Shown piece after piece: positions 9,748 through 18,995 of a stretch of DNA of 60,803 nucleotides. Source of the DNA: Candidatus Geohabitans tengchongensis (GTDB taxonomy: Bacteria; Sysuimicrobiota; Sysuimicrobiia; Sysuimicrobiales; Humicultoraceae); assembly GCA_031459625.1 (NCBI GenBank), contig JAVKIH010000012.1, positions 5,936 to 66,738 on the forward strand. The letters run 5' to 3'. The notes below the pieces were generated by a model that saw nothing but the letters and a program-made list of their open reading frames with translations, did not search any database and was not told the origin of the DNA. The translations under genes were made by a program, and so were the position numbers. Positions within the stretch are counted from its first letter, which is position 1; every line of letters starts with the position of its first letter.

Positions 9748-11088
9748 GTGAGCCTCACTGTCGGGTTCGTTGTCCTCTTCCTCATCGCGGTCAACGCCCT
9801 CTACGTCCTGGCCGAGTTCGGCGCGGTGGGCGTGCGCCGCAGCCGCGTTCGCCAGCTGGCCGAAGAGGGGCACACGCTGGCCCGCCGCCTCCTGCCGCAC
9901 CTGGAGGACCCGCGCCGGCTGGACCGCTACATCGCTGCCTGCCAGGTCGGCATCACCCTCAGCAGCCTGGCCCTGGGCGCCTACGGCCAGGCCACGCTGA
10001 CGCCGGCGCTGGCATCGCTGCTGGCGACCTATGGCGGGTGGGGCGAGGCGCTGGCCCTCTCCGTGGCCTCGGTGGCCGTCCTGGGAGGCCTCACCGCCCT
10101 CCAGATCGTGCTGGGCGAACTGATGCCCAAGACCGTGGCGTTGCAGAATCCCACGGCCGTGGCCCTGGCCACGGCCCTCCCCATGCAGTGGTCCCTGGGT
10201 CTCTTCTCCTGGTTCATTGCCCTGCTCAACGGCAGCGGGCTCTGGCTCCTCCGCCTGCTGCGCATCCCCCAGGCGCGGCACCGGCACGTCCACTCCCCCG
10301 AGGAGATCGCCCTGCTGCTGGCGGAGAGCCGCGACGGCGGTCTGCTCGAGCCCGACGAGCACCGCCGCCTGCAACGCGCCCTGCAGCTCACCACGCGGAA
10401 GGTGCGCCAGCTCATGGTCCCGCGGACGCAGATGGTCGCCGTGGACATAGACGACCCCGTGGAGGAGGTGCTGCGCACCGTCGCCGCCTCGCCCTTCACC
10501 CGCCTGCCGGTCTACCGGGGCACCATCGACGACATCGTGGGCATCGTCCACGCCCGCGACCTCACGGTGGGGTGGGTGCGGGCGATGCGCGCCGCCGGCG
10601 GGAAGCGCGTCGTCCCGCCGGACCTGGTGCGGCAGGCGATGCGCCCGGTGCCGCGCGTCCCGGAGATGGTGCGGGCCGACCGGCTGCTGGGGCTGCTGCG
10701 GGAGTCCCGCTCGCAGATGGCCATCGTCATCGACGAGCTGGGGGGCGTGGCCGGGCTCGTGACGCTGGAGGACGTCCTGCGGGAGCTGCTGGGGCCGGTC
10801 CCCGACGAGTTCAAGGCCGAGGCGGCGGCGCCCCAGCGCCTCCCCGACGGGCGGCTGCTGCTGCCCGGCCGCATGCGCCTGCACGAGGCGGAGCCGTGGA
10901 TCGGCCCGCTCGGCGACGGCGAGGCCGACACGGTGGGGGGACGGGTGGTGGAGGCGCTCGGCCACCTCCCCGAGGTGGGGGAGCGGGTCACCATCGACGG
11001 CGTGGAGGTCGAGGTGATGGCCGTCGAGCACCACGCCGTCGCGGCGGTGGCCGTGCGCCCGGTGCAGGTCGCGGGAGGACGCCGGTGA
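9748..11088 (+). CDS. CNNM/CorB (hemolysin-like, DUF21-CBS-CorC) protein, copy 1
   Basis: NALYVLAEFG, QVGITLSSLALG, LGELMPK, MVPR, FTRLPVY, IVIDELGGVAGLVTLED. Confidence 0.93.
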   Translation: MSLTVGFVVLFLIAVNALYVLAEFGAVGVRRSRVRQLAEEGHTLARRLLPHLEDPRRLDRYIAACQVGITLSSLALGAYGQATLTPALASLLATYGGWGEALALSVASVAVLGGLTALQIVLGELMPKTVALQNPTAVALATALPMQWSLGLFSWFIALLNGSGLWLLRLLRIPQARHRHVHSPEEIALLLAESRDGGLLEPDEHRRLQRALQLTTRKVRQLMVPRTQMVAVDIDDPVEEVLRTVAASPFTRLPVYRGTIDDIVGIVHARDLTVGWVRAMRAAGGKRVVPPDLVRQAMRPVPRVPEMVRADRLLGLLRESRSQMAIVIDELGGVAGLVTLEDVLRELLGPVPDEFKAEAAAPQRLPDGRLLLPGRMRLHEAEPWIGPLGDGEADTVGGRVVEALGHLPEVGERVTIDGVEVEVMAVEHHAVAAVAVRPVQVAGGRR

Positions 11089-12380
11089 TCCCGCTGCTGG
11101 TCATCCTCACCCTCGTCCTGCTGAACGGCCTCTTCGTCGCGGCGGAGTTCGCCATCGTGGGCGTGCCGCGCCCGGCCATCAGCCGCCGGGCGACGGCGGG
11201 GGAGCGGATCGCCCGCCTGGTGCAGCGCATCCTGAGCGACCCGCGCTGGCAGGACCAGTACATCGCCACGGCACAGCTCGGCATCACCGCCGCCAGCCTG
11301 GGGCTCGGCATGTACGGTGAGCACGTGGTGGCCGGGTGGATCGCCACGCACCTGGAGGGGTGGGGCGCGGCGCGCTGGATCGCCGCCCACGCCGCCGGCA
11401 GCGTGCTGGCGGTCACCGTCCTCACCTACCTGCACATCGTCGTGGGGGAGATGGTGCCCAAGTCGCTGGCGCTCCAGTACGCCGAGCCCACCGTGCTCAC
11501 CGTCACCCCGCCGGTCCTGTGGATCCGCACCCTGCTCTACCCCTTCGTGGTCGGCTTCAACGCCCTCGGCAACGGGCTGCTCCGGCTGGTCGGGTTCACC
11601 CGGCGCCCCAGCGCCGCCGAGTACTACTACACCCCCGAGGAGCTGCAGCTCATCGTCGAGGAGAGCCAGGCCACCGGCCTGCTGCGCCCCGAGGCCGGGC
11701 GGGTGCTGCGGGAGCTCTTCGAGTTCGGGGAGCTGACCGCTGGGGAGGCGATGGTCCCCCGGGTGGAGGTGACCGGGATCCCCGAGGACGCCACGCCGGA
11801 GGAAATCGAGGAAATCCTGGTGACCGACCCGCACACCCGGTACCCGGTCTACCGTGAGGACCTCGACCACATCGTCGGCGCCGTGCACGTCAAGGACCTC
11901 CTCGCCCGCCTGGTGGAGGGACGGCCGCTGGCGGTCGACCGGCCCCGCCCGGTGGCCTACCTGCCGAAGACCACGCCGCTCGACCGGGTCCTCGAGGTGA
12001 TGCACCAGTCCCGCAGCCAGCTCGTGGTGGTGCTGGACGAGCAGGGTGGGACGCGCGGCATCGTCACCATCGAGGACCTCTTCGAGGAGATCGTCGGCGA
12101 GATCGAGCCGGATGCCGGGGAGCGCCCGGAGATCTGGCGCGACGCCGCCGGCCGTCTCCACGTGGCCGGCACCGTGCGGCTGGACGAAGTGGGGGAGCAC
12201 CTGGGCGTCGAACTGGAGCACGAGGAGGTCGACACGACGAGCGGTCTCATCCTGGCCCTGCTGGAGCGGCCGGCCCGGGTGGGGGACGTGGTGGTGTACG
12301 AGGGGGTGCGCTTCGAGGTGGCCGCCGTCGCCGGCCACGGCGTGCGAGAGGCCATCGTGACCCATGGCCAGAGCCGGTAA
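11085..12380 (+). CDS. CNNM/CorB (hemolysin-like) protein, copy 2
   Basis: NGLFVAAEFA, QLGIT, VGEMVPK, HTRYPVY, VLDEQGGTRGIVTIEDLFEEIVGEI; GTGA overlap with copy 1. Confidence 0.93.
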   Translation: MIPLLVILTLVLLNGLFVAAEFAIVGVPRPAISRRATAGERIARLVQRILSDPRWQDQYIATAQLGITAASLGLGMYGEHVVAGWIATHLEGWGAARWIAAHAAGSVLAVTVLTYLHIVVGEMVPKSLALQYAEPTVLTVTPPVLWIRTLLYPFVVGFNALGNGLLRLVGFTRRPSAAEYYYTPEELQLIVEESQATGLLRPEAGRVLRELFEFGELTAGEAMVPRVEVTGIPEDATPEEIEEILVTDPHTRYPVYREDLDHIVGAVHVKDLLARLVEGRPLAVDRPRPVAYLPKTTPLDRVLEVMHQSRSQLVVVLDEQGGTRGIVTIEDLFEEIVGEIEPDAGERPEIWRDAAGRLHVAGTVRLDEVGEHLGVELEHEEVDTTSGLILALLERPARVGDVVVYEGVRFEVAAVAGHGVREAIVTHGQSR

Positions 12381-13455
12381 GGTGCGCCTCCTCCACCTGG
12401 CCGACGTCCACCTGGGGGCGCCTCTGCCCTGGCTGGGGGAGCGCGGGGCGGCCCAGCGCCGCCAGGTGCGCGAGACGTTTGCCAGGGCGCTGCAGAAGGG
12501 GTTGGCGGAGCACGTGCGCGCCGTCGTGGTGGCCGGGGATCTCTTCGCCACGCCGCGGCCGCCCCGCGAGCTGGCCGAGTTCGTCGCCGGTCAGCTCGGC
12601 CGCGTGACGGCCGCGGGGATCCCCGTCGTCATCGCCGCCGGCGAGGCCGACGCGCTGGAGGCGGACGGCACCTACGCCGGCGGGGCGCTCGCGGGGGTTC
12701 CGGGCGTCACCGTCCTGCCGCCCACGCCTGCCGTCGTCGAGGTGCCCGACGCTCCACTCGCGATCAGCGGCCGCTCGCGACGCCGCGGGGAGAGCGGGCC
12801 GTGGCGCGTGCCTGCGCCAGCGACGGGCGTCGCAACCGTGGGCGTGGGGCATGTCGGGGTGAAGGAGGCCGCCGAGGCGCTGGCCCAGGCGCGGGACGCC
12901 GGGCTGGCCTACCTGGCCCTGGGGGGCCTCCACCGGGTCCACACGATCCCCGCGAGCGTGCCCGCCTGGTACGCTGGGACGCCCGAACTGGTGGACCGGG
13001 ACGGGCAGGGCGAAGGCGGCCTCCTGGTCACGCTGGGCGACGGGCCGCCGCAGGTCTCCGCGCTGCGGCTCGGCCGGCGCCGCGCGGAGGTCGTCACGGT
13101 GGCGGCAGCGTCGCTCGCCACCATCGACGCGCTGGCGGCCGCCCTCGAGACCCACGCGGACGGCGACCTAGTCCTGCACGTGCGGCTGACCGGTGAGGTG
13201 CCGCCGGGGCACTTCCTCGACGTGGCCGCGGTGCGCGAGCGCCTGGGGCCCCGCTTCTTTGCGCTGGAGATCAGCGACGAGGCGACGGTGGGCCTGCAGG
13301 CCCCCGAGGCGGGCGACGTGACCGTCCGCGGGAAGTTCCTGGCGCTGGCGCAGCGCCGCCTCGGCGAGGCCCGCACCCCGGAGGAGGCCAGGCGGGTGGC
13401 GCAGGCCGCCCGGCTGGGGCTGTGGCTGCTGGAGACGGGAGGGAAGGGACCGTGA
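12364..13455 (+). CDS. SbcD/Mre11 (YhaO-like) metallophosphoesterase-fold protein with degenerate active site
   Basis: LHLADVHLG and VAGDLF are present, but GNHD is GEAD and LGHxH is LGGLH; Y.GTPE is present. Confidence 0.85.
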   Translation: MARAGKVRLLHLADVHLGAPLPWLGERGAAQRRQVRETFARALQKGLAEHVRAVVVAGDLFATPRPPRELAEFVAGQLGRVTAAGIPVVIAAGEADALEADGTYAGGALAGVPGVTVLPPTPAVVEVPDAPLAISGRSRRRGESGPWRVPAPATGVATVGVGHVGVKEAAEALAQARDAGLAYLALGGLHRVHTIPASVPAWYAGTPELVDRDGQGEGGLLVTLGDGPPQVSALRLGRRRAEVVTVAAASLATIDALAAALETHADGDLVLHVRLTGEVPPGHFLDVAAVRERLGPRFFALEISDEATVGLQAPEAGDVTVRGKFLALAQRRLGEARTPEEARRVAQAARLGLWLLETGGKGP

Positions 13456-15584
13456 TCCTGCGGCGCGTGCGGCTGCGCCGCTTCAAGAAGTTCGCCGACT
13501 GGACCGGGACCTTCGCCCCGGGCCTCAACGTCATCTGCGGACCCAACGAGGCCGGCAAATCCACGGTGCTGGAGGCGCTCTACGCCGCCCTGGCGGTGAA
13601 CCCGGCCGCGCCGCCGGCCGGCTTCGTCGAGAGCGTGCGCCCGTGGGGCGAGACCCGCGCCGGGGAGGTCACGCTCGAGTTCGAGGCGGACGGCCGGGCC
13701 TACCTGCTGCGCAAGGACTTCGAGGCCGGCACGGCCCTCTTGCAGAGGCAGGACGGCGGTGAGCGCACGGCGGACACCCGTGCGGTACAGCAGCGCATGC
13801 TGGCCTGGCTGGGCGTCCCCTCCGAGACGCTCTTCCGCTCCACAGCGTTCGTCGCCCAGGGGGAGCTGGCCCGCCTCACCGACGACCGCCGGCACATCGC
13901 CGGGCAGCTTGCGCGCGTGTTGAGCGGGGCGGGGACCGAAGACGTGGAGGCGGCGCTGCGCTGGCTCGACGAGCGCCGGGCCCGGACCGTCGGCGCGGGC
14001 CGGGGCTCCGGGGCCGAGGCCGTGACCGCTCTGGAGGCGCAACGGCGCGACCTGGAGCGCCGCGCCGAGCACACCGAAGCGCTGGCCGTCGAGCTGCGCA
14101 CCGTGACCCGGCGGCTGACCGCCGTGGAGCGCGAGGTGGCATCCCGCCGCGAACGCCTGGCCGCCCTGGAACAGGAGGCCACGCTGGGCCGGCGGCTGCA
14201 GGAGGTGGAGCGGGAGCTGAGCCAGTCGCGCGACCTGCTGGCGCGGTTGAACACCCTCTCGGAGCGCCTGGCGGCGCTCGAGGCGCGGGCGCAGCAGGTC
14301 AGCAACCAGCGGGAGGCGGCGCTGCGCGAGCTGGTGCAGGCCCGCCGGCAGCTCACCGCGTTGGAGCAGGCCCTGCGTACGGCGCGGGAGACCCTGGACC
14401 GCGAGGAGCGCACCCTGGAGCACCTGGCCGCGCGACACCGCGAGGCGCGCCGCCGCAGCGGCGTGGGCCTGATCCTGGGCGGCTTCGGGGCCGCCGCCAC
14501 CGCTGCGGGGACGTTGCTGGCCCTGCTGCGCGACCTGCCCGGCGCCTGGGGCGCGACGCTGGCCGGCCTGGTGGTCATCCTCCTGGGGATGCGGACGCGC
14601 GGGCGCGTCAGCGAGACCGAGTCGGCCTACCGCGCCCAGGAGCAACGCGTGCTGCGCCTGCGCCAGCAGGCGGAGCAGGCGCGCGGGGCGCTCGATGCGG
14701 CGTCCCGTGATTTCCGCGCCCGGCTGGACGCGCTGGGCGTGGCCTCGGTGGAGGCGGTGGAGCAGCAGTACGCCGCCTTCATCGAGGCGGTGCACCAGCA
14801 CGAGGAGCTGCGGCTGGCCTTCCACCAGCTGCTGGGGAACCAGACGCGCGAGGCCCTGGAGCAGCGCGCGCGGGACCTGGAGGCGGAGGTGGCGCAGCTC
14901 CGCTCGCGGGTGAGCGCCCGGTCGGAGGGGAAGACGGCCCCGGCGGCCGCAGCCCCGGCCGAGCGGCTGGCCCGCGAGCTGGAAGGGCTGGAGAAGGAGG
15001 CGGCGCTCCTGCGCGACCGCCGCACCCAGCTGCAGCGGCAACTCGCCGAGATGCCCGACCACGCCGAGCAGCTCCTGGTGCTGGAGGAGCGGCTGGCGGC
15101 GCTGCGCGCGCAGCAGGCCGCCGTGCAGGCCGAGGCGGCGGTCCTCGACCTGACCCGCCAGCTGCTGGAGGAAGCACGCCGCCAGTCCTTCGTGCCGGCC
15201 CGGGAACTCGTGGAGCGTCGGGTCAGTGAGTACTTCCGTCAGGCCACCCATGACGGCTACCAGCGGGTCAGCCTCGACGAGCGCGGCCTCGTCCCGAAGG
15301 TGTGGGTGAACCGCGCCGGCGGGTGGAAGGGCGCCCAGCACCTGAGCCGCGGCACGGCGGACCAGCTCTACCTGGCGGTGCGGCTGGCCCTGGTGGACCT
15401 GGTCTGTCAGGGGCGCACGCCGCCGCTCTTCCTCGACGAGCCCTTCGCCCACTTCGACGCGGCGCGCGCCGAGGCGGTGGCGGCGCTGCTCGCCGCGGCG
15501 GCGCGACAGCGCCAGGTCTTCCTCTTCACGGCCCGCGTCCCCGAGGCCTGCGCGCAGGCCCCGGCCATCTCGCTCGCCCCCTGA
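13452..15584 (+). CDS. SMC/Rad50-like coiled-coil ATPase (YhaN/SbcE-like) with central TM hairpin
   Basis: GPNEAGKST, FVAQGE, long coiled coils, LSRGTADQLYLAVRLAL, LFLDEPFAHFD. Confidence 0.9.
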   Translation: MILRRVRLRRFKKFADWTGTFAPGLNVICGPNEAGKSTVLEALYAALAVNPAAPPAGFVESVRPWGETRAGEVTLEFEADGRAYLLRKDFEAGTALLQRQDGGERTADTRAVQQRMLAWLGVPSETLFRSTAFVAQGELARLTDDRRHIAGQLARVLSGAGTEDVEAALRWLDERRARTVGAGRGSGAEAVTALEAQRRDLERRAEHTEALAVELRTVTRRLTAVEREVASRRERLAALEQEATLGRRLQEVERELSQSRDLLARLNTLSERLAALEARAQQVSNQREAALRELVQARRQLTALEQALRTARETLDREERTLEHLAARHREARRRSGVGLILGGFGAAATAAGTLLALLRDLPGAWGATLAGLVVILLGMRTRGRVSETESAYRAQEQRVLRLRQQAEQARGALDAASRDFRARLDALGVASVEAVEQQYAAFIEAVHQHEELRLAFHQLLGNQTREALEQRARDLEAEVAQLRSRVSARSEGKTAPAAAAPAERLARELEGLEKEAALLRDRRTQLQRQLAEMPDHAEQLLVLEERLAALRAQQAAVQAEAAVLDLTRQLLEEARRQSFVPARELVERRVSEYFRQATHDGYQRVSLDERGLVPKVWVNRAGGWKGAQHLSRGTADQLYLAVRLALVDLVCQGRTPPLFLDEPFAHFDAARAEAVAALLAAAARQRQVFLFTARVPEACAQAPAISLAP

Positions 15585-15600
15585 AGCGGCGAGGCCCCCT

Positions 15601-17394
15601 TCACCCCGAGCCCGGCTGCGCCCCCTCCCGCAGCCAGGAACGGATCTGCGCCGCCAGGTCGTCGAGCACCGCAGCGCGCTGCGCGGCTGGCAGGTCGGCC
15701 AGTGCCGGTACCTGGCGCCAGGGCTGGCCCGCCCCATCGTCGCGGGGGCCCGCCGGCGTTTCACTCTCCACCCGTACCCACGGCCGGTCGGGATGGCGGA
15801 ACCCCTCCACCAGGAGGAGCTCGAGCGGCTGCCCGAGCGCTTCGGCCACTGCCACGACCGCACCGGCCAGGCGCGCCACGGGGAGCCCCGCGGCGTCGCG
15901 GCGCACGCGCAGGACTTGCTCCTCCGGGCCTGACAGGAGGACGGGCGCGGCCCCGGCCCGCACCATCCGGTCGCTGTCGCTCCCGGGGCGGTCGACCTCG
16001 AAGCCGTGGGCGGCGTGCTTGACCGCGCCCACGGCGATGCCGTCCGCCCGCAGCCGCTGCACCACGCCCTCGATCAGGGCGGTCTTGCCGCTGCCCGACG
16101 GACCCACCACGCCGATGACGAGTGGCGATCGTATCGCAGGCGGGATCACCAGGTCGGCCCGATCCTCCGGACGGTCGAGGGCGAGCGTCGGCACGCGCGA
16201 GCCGGCCCGCAGCGGTGGGGTCCCGGCCCGCAGGAGGACGAGCGCGTTCGCCCGCACGGCTCCGCGCAGGCCGGCTCCGCCATCCAGCACCTCCACCTCG
16301 GGCGGCTCGCCCGAGGTGACGGCCCACAGCGCCTGCGTCCGGTGGGATGGCCGCCTGAGGTCGGTCCGCAGGCGGGCATAACGGATGGGCCGCACGACGT
16401 GCCGGTGCCCCGCCAGGCGGAGCAGCACGGGACGCACCAGCAGGTGGTAGGTGGCCAGGCAGGCGCCGGGGGTGCCGGGCAGCCCCACCACCCACCTGGC
16501 CCCCAGGAGCCCCGCGAAGAACGGTCCCCCGGGCTTCAGGTCGAGGCGGCCCACGACCTCGCGGGCGCCCAGCCCGAGCCAGGTCTGCGGCACGCGGTCG
16601 GCCGCTCCCACGGAGACCCCGCCTGTGGAGAGGACGACGTCGGCGGGACCTTCCGCCGCCTCTCCCAGCGCCTCGGCCAGCGCGGCCGGGTCGTCCGGGA
16701 TCACGCCGGCCGTCTGCACTGCGCACCCGGCCGCCGCCAGCTCCAGGGCGAGCACGGGCGTGTTGGTGTTGGGGATGCGCCCGGACGGCACGGAACGGTG
16801 CGGCGGGCGCGCTCCGGCGGGGAGGGGGACGAGCTCGTCCCCCGTGGAGAGCAGCAGCACCCGTGGCCGGCGGTAGACCTCCACTTCGGCCGTCCCGCAC
16901 GCCAGCAGCGCCCCCACGGCACCCGGCCGGATCGTCTCACCCGGCGAGACGAGCAGGGTGTCGTGGGCAATGTCCTCGCCGGCCTCGATGACGTGCGTCT
17001 TGTTCGAAGGGGGTACCTCGAGCACGAGGCCGTCGCCCTCTCGGCGGACGTGCTCGACGGGGATGACCCGGTCGCCTCGGTGCGGCATCGCCCCGCCGGT
17101 AGGAATCGCCCAGGCCTCCCCGCGGCCCGGCCCCTCGCCCGGTGGCGAGCCCATGCGCACCGCCCCCGTGACGCGCAGCCGCACCGGTCGTCGGGGTGAG
17201 GCCTCCGCCACGTCGTCGCGCCAGACGACGTAGCCATCCAGGGCGGCGCGGCGGAAGTGGGGAACGGGACGGCTGCAGCGGAGAGGCGTGGCGGCGACGC
17301 GACCGGCGGCAGCGTGCACCGGCACGCGCTCCGTCCCGAGCGGCGTCGCGTGCTCGAGGATCCGTCGGAACGCCGTCTCCGGGTCGACCGCCAC
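15601..17394 (-). CDS. moeA: Molybdopterin molybdotransferase MoeA fused to MobB (ORF open to 17415)
   Basis: RAALDGY, IPTGGAMP, STGDEL, STGGVSVG, KPGGP, GLPGTPG; C-terminal GPSGSGKT, VKHAAHGFEVDRPGSDS, LVEGF. Confidence 0.92.
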   Translation of the reverse strand: MAVDPETAFRRILEHATPLGTERVPVHAAAGRVAATPLRCSRPVPHFRRAALDGYVVWRDDVAEASPRRPVRLRVTGAVRMGSPPGEGPGRGEAWAIPTGGAMPHRGDRVIPVEHVRREGDGLVLEVPPSNKTHVIEAGEDIAHDTLLVSPGETIRPGAVGALLACGTAEVEVYRRPRVLLLSTGDELVPLPAGARPPHRSVPSGRIPNTNTPVLALELAAAGCAVQTAGVIPDDPAALAEALGEAAEGPADVVLSTGGVSVGAADRVPQTWLGLGAREVVGRLDLKPGGPFFAGLLGARWVVGLPGTPGACLATYHLLVRPVLLRLAGHRHVVRPIRYARLRTDLRRPSHRTQALWAVTSGEPPEVEVLDGGAGLRGAVRANALVLLRAGTPPLRAGSRVPTLALDRPEDRADLVIPPAIRSPLVIGVVGPSGSGKTALIEGVVQRLRADGIAVGAVKHAAHGFEVDRPGSDSDRMVRAGAAPVLLSGPEEQVLRVRRDAAGLPVARLAGAVVAVAEALGQPLELLLVEGFRHPDRPWVRVESETPAGPRDDGAGQPWRQVPALADLPAAQRAAVLDDLAAQIRSWLREGAQPGSG

Positions 17395-17432
17395 CGTCGC
17401 CCTCCTCGCCCTCATGGTACGATGAGCCGCGC

Positions 17433-18158
17433 ATGCGGGCGGTCACGGGGATCGTCCTGGCCGGCGGGCGCAGCCGGCGGATGGGGCGGCCGAAGGCCCT
17501 GCTGCCCTTCGGTGACACCACGCTGCTCGGTCGGGTGGTGCGCCGGGTGGCCGAGGTCTGCCCGCGCGTGCTCGTGGTCGTGCGCGATCCCGCCGTCCTG
17601 TCTGGCGAGGACGACCGTGCCGTCCTGCCGGCGGGCAGGCCCGCGGGCCTGCCGGCGGGCGAAGTGGTCGTGGACCGCTTCCCCGGCCTCGGCCCCCTCA
17701 GCGGCCTCCATGCCGGGCTGCTGGCCACGGAGACCCACACCGCAGTGTGCGTCGCCTGCGACCTGCCGCTGGTCAAACCCGCCCTGCTGCGGCTGCTGGC
17801 GGATCTGGCCGCGGGACATGACGCGGCCGTGCCGGTGGTGGGCGGGCGGTCGCAGCCGGTCTGTGCGGCTTACCACCGGAGCGTGGCCGATGCGGCGGCG
17901 GAGGTCCTGGCGCAGGGCGGCGGGGCGATGCGGGACCTCCTGGGGCGCCTCCGCGTGCGTCTCGTGGAAGAGGCGGACCTGCGCCGGGCGGACCCGGACC
18001 TCGTCTCCTTCCTCGACGTGAACACCCCGGCGGACTACCGGGAGGCGCTGGCGCGGGCTCAGCGCGAGGCGGACCTGCCGGGGGGCGCGGAGATCCCCGG
18101 GGCGGGGGACGCACCGGAGAGCGGCGCCCGGGGGACCAGCCGTTCGAACCCGCTGTAG
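17433..18158 (+). CDS. mobA: Molybdenum cofactor guanylyltransferase
   Basis: VLAGGRSRRMG.PKA, GPLSGL, ACDLP, VNTPADY. Confidence 0.92.
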   Translation: MRAVTGIVLAGGRSRRMGRPKALLPFGDTTLLGRVVRRVAEVCPRVLVVVRDPAVLSGEDDRAVLPAGRPAGLPAGEVVVDRFPGLGPLSGLHAGLLATETHTAVCVACDLPLVKPALLRLLADLAAGHDAAVPVVGGRSQPVCAAYHRSVADAAAEVLAQGGGAMRDLLGRLRVRLVEEADLRRADPDLVSFLDVNTPADYREALARAQREADLPGGAEIPGAGDAPESGARGTSRSNPL

Positions 18159-18964
18159 ACGTTGAAACGATCGCCCCGCAGGAAGCCGATCAGGGTCACC
18201 CCGAAGGCCCGCGCCGTCTCCACGGCCAGGCTGCTCGGCGCCGAGACGGCGCAGAAGACGGGGACGCCCGCGGCCACCGCCTTCTGCACGAGCTCGAAGC
18301 TGGCCCGCCCGCTCACCATGACGATGTGGTCGTCCAGGGGCAGGCGCCCCTCCAGCAGGGCCCAGCCGACGAGCTTGTCCATGGCGTTGTGCCGGCCCAC
18401 GTCCTCCCGCACCGCCAGCAGGGTCCCCCGCGCGTCGAAGAGGGCGGAGGCGTGCAGGCCCCCGGTGGGGGCGAAGAGGCGCTGCCCGGCCCGCAGCCGC
18501 TCGGGGAGCTGCACGAGGGTCTCGTGGGTGAGGCGCAGGCCGCCCGCGGGCGGCCGGCAGCCGCGGCGGGTGAGGGCCTCGATGCTCCCCTTGCCGCAGA
18601 CGCCGCAGGCGCTGGTCGTGTAGCCGTAGCGCTCCAGCGGGGCCAGGTCGGGGAGCCGGCCGGCGCGCAGCTCCACGGTGACGACGTTGTAGAGCTGTTC
18701 GGCGGGGAGGTCCAGGCAGTAGGCGATGCGGCGGATCTCCTCTCGCGAGGCGACCACCCCCTCGCCGAAGAGGAAGCCGGCGGCCAGCTCGAAATCGTTG
18801 CCGGGCGTGCGCATCGTCACGGCGACGGTGCGCTGCTGGCCACCCGCGGCCAGGCGGACCTCCAGGGGCTCCTCGGTGGCCAGCGCGTCCGTGCGCCTCT
18901 CCACCGTGCCGCCGCGCACGGCGTGCACCGTCGTCCGCACCTGGCTGCCGGGGCGCCGGATCAT
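18059..18964 (-). CDS. fdhD: Formate dehydrogenase accessory sulfurtransferase
   Basis: EEPLE, TMRTPG, SACGVCG, TGGLH, REDVGRHNAMDK, SGRASFELVQK. Confidence 0.96.
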   Translation of the reverse strand: MIRRPGSQVRTTVHAVRGGTVERRTDALATEEPLEVRLAAGGQQRTVAVTMRTPGNDFELAAGFLFGEGVVASREEIRRIAYCLDLPAEQLYNVVTVELRAGRLPDLAPLERYGYTTSACGVCGKGSIEALTRRGCRPPAGGLRLTHETLVQLPERLRAGQRLFAPTGGLHASALFDARGTLLAVREDVGRHNAMDKLVGWALLEGRLPLDDHIVMVSGRASFELVQKAVAAGVPVFCAVSAPSSLAVETARAFGVTLIGFLRGDRFNVYSGFERLVPRAPLSGASPAPGISAPPGRSASR

Positions 18965-18995
18965 GGTGACAGCGTGGCCCCCGCCGCGGGTCCGG

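Noticed and set aside
12364..15584. Wadjet/Lamassu-type SMC defence system
   Set aside because: No kleisin/KITE/JetD or effector genes; the architecture matches a YhaO/YhaN-like pair.
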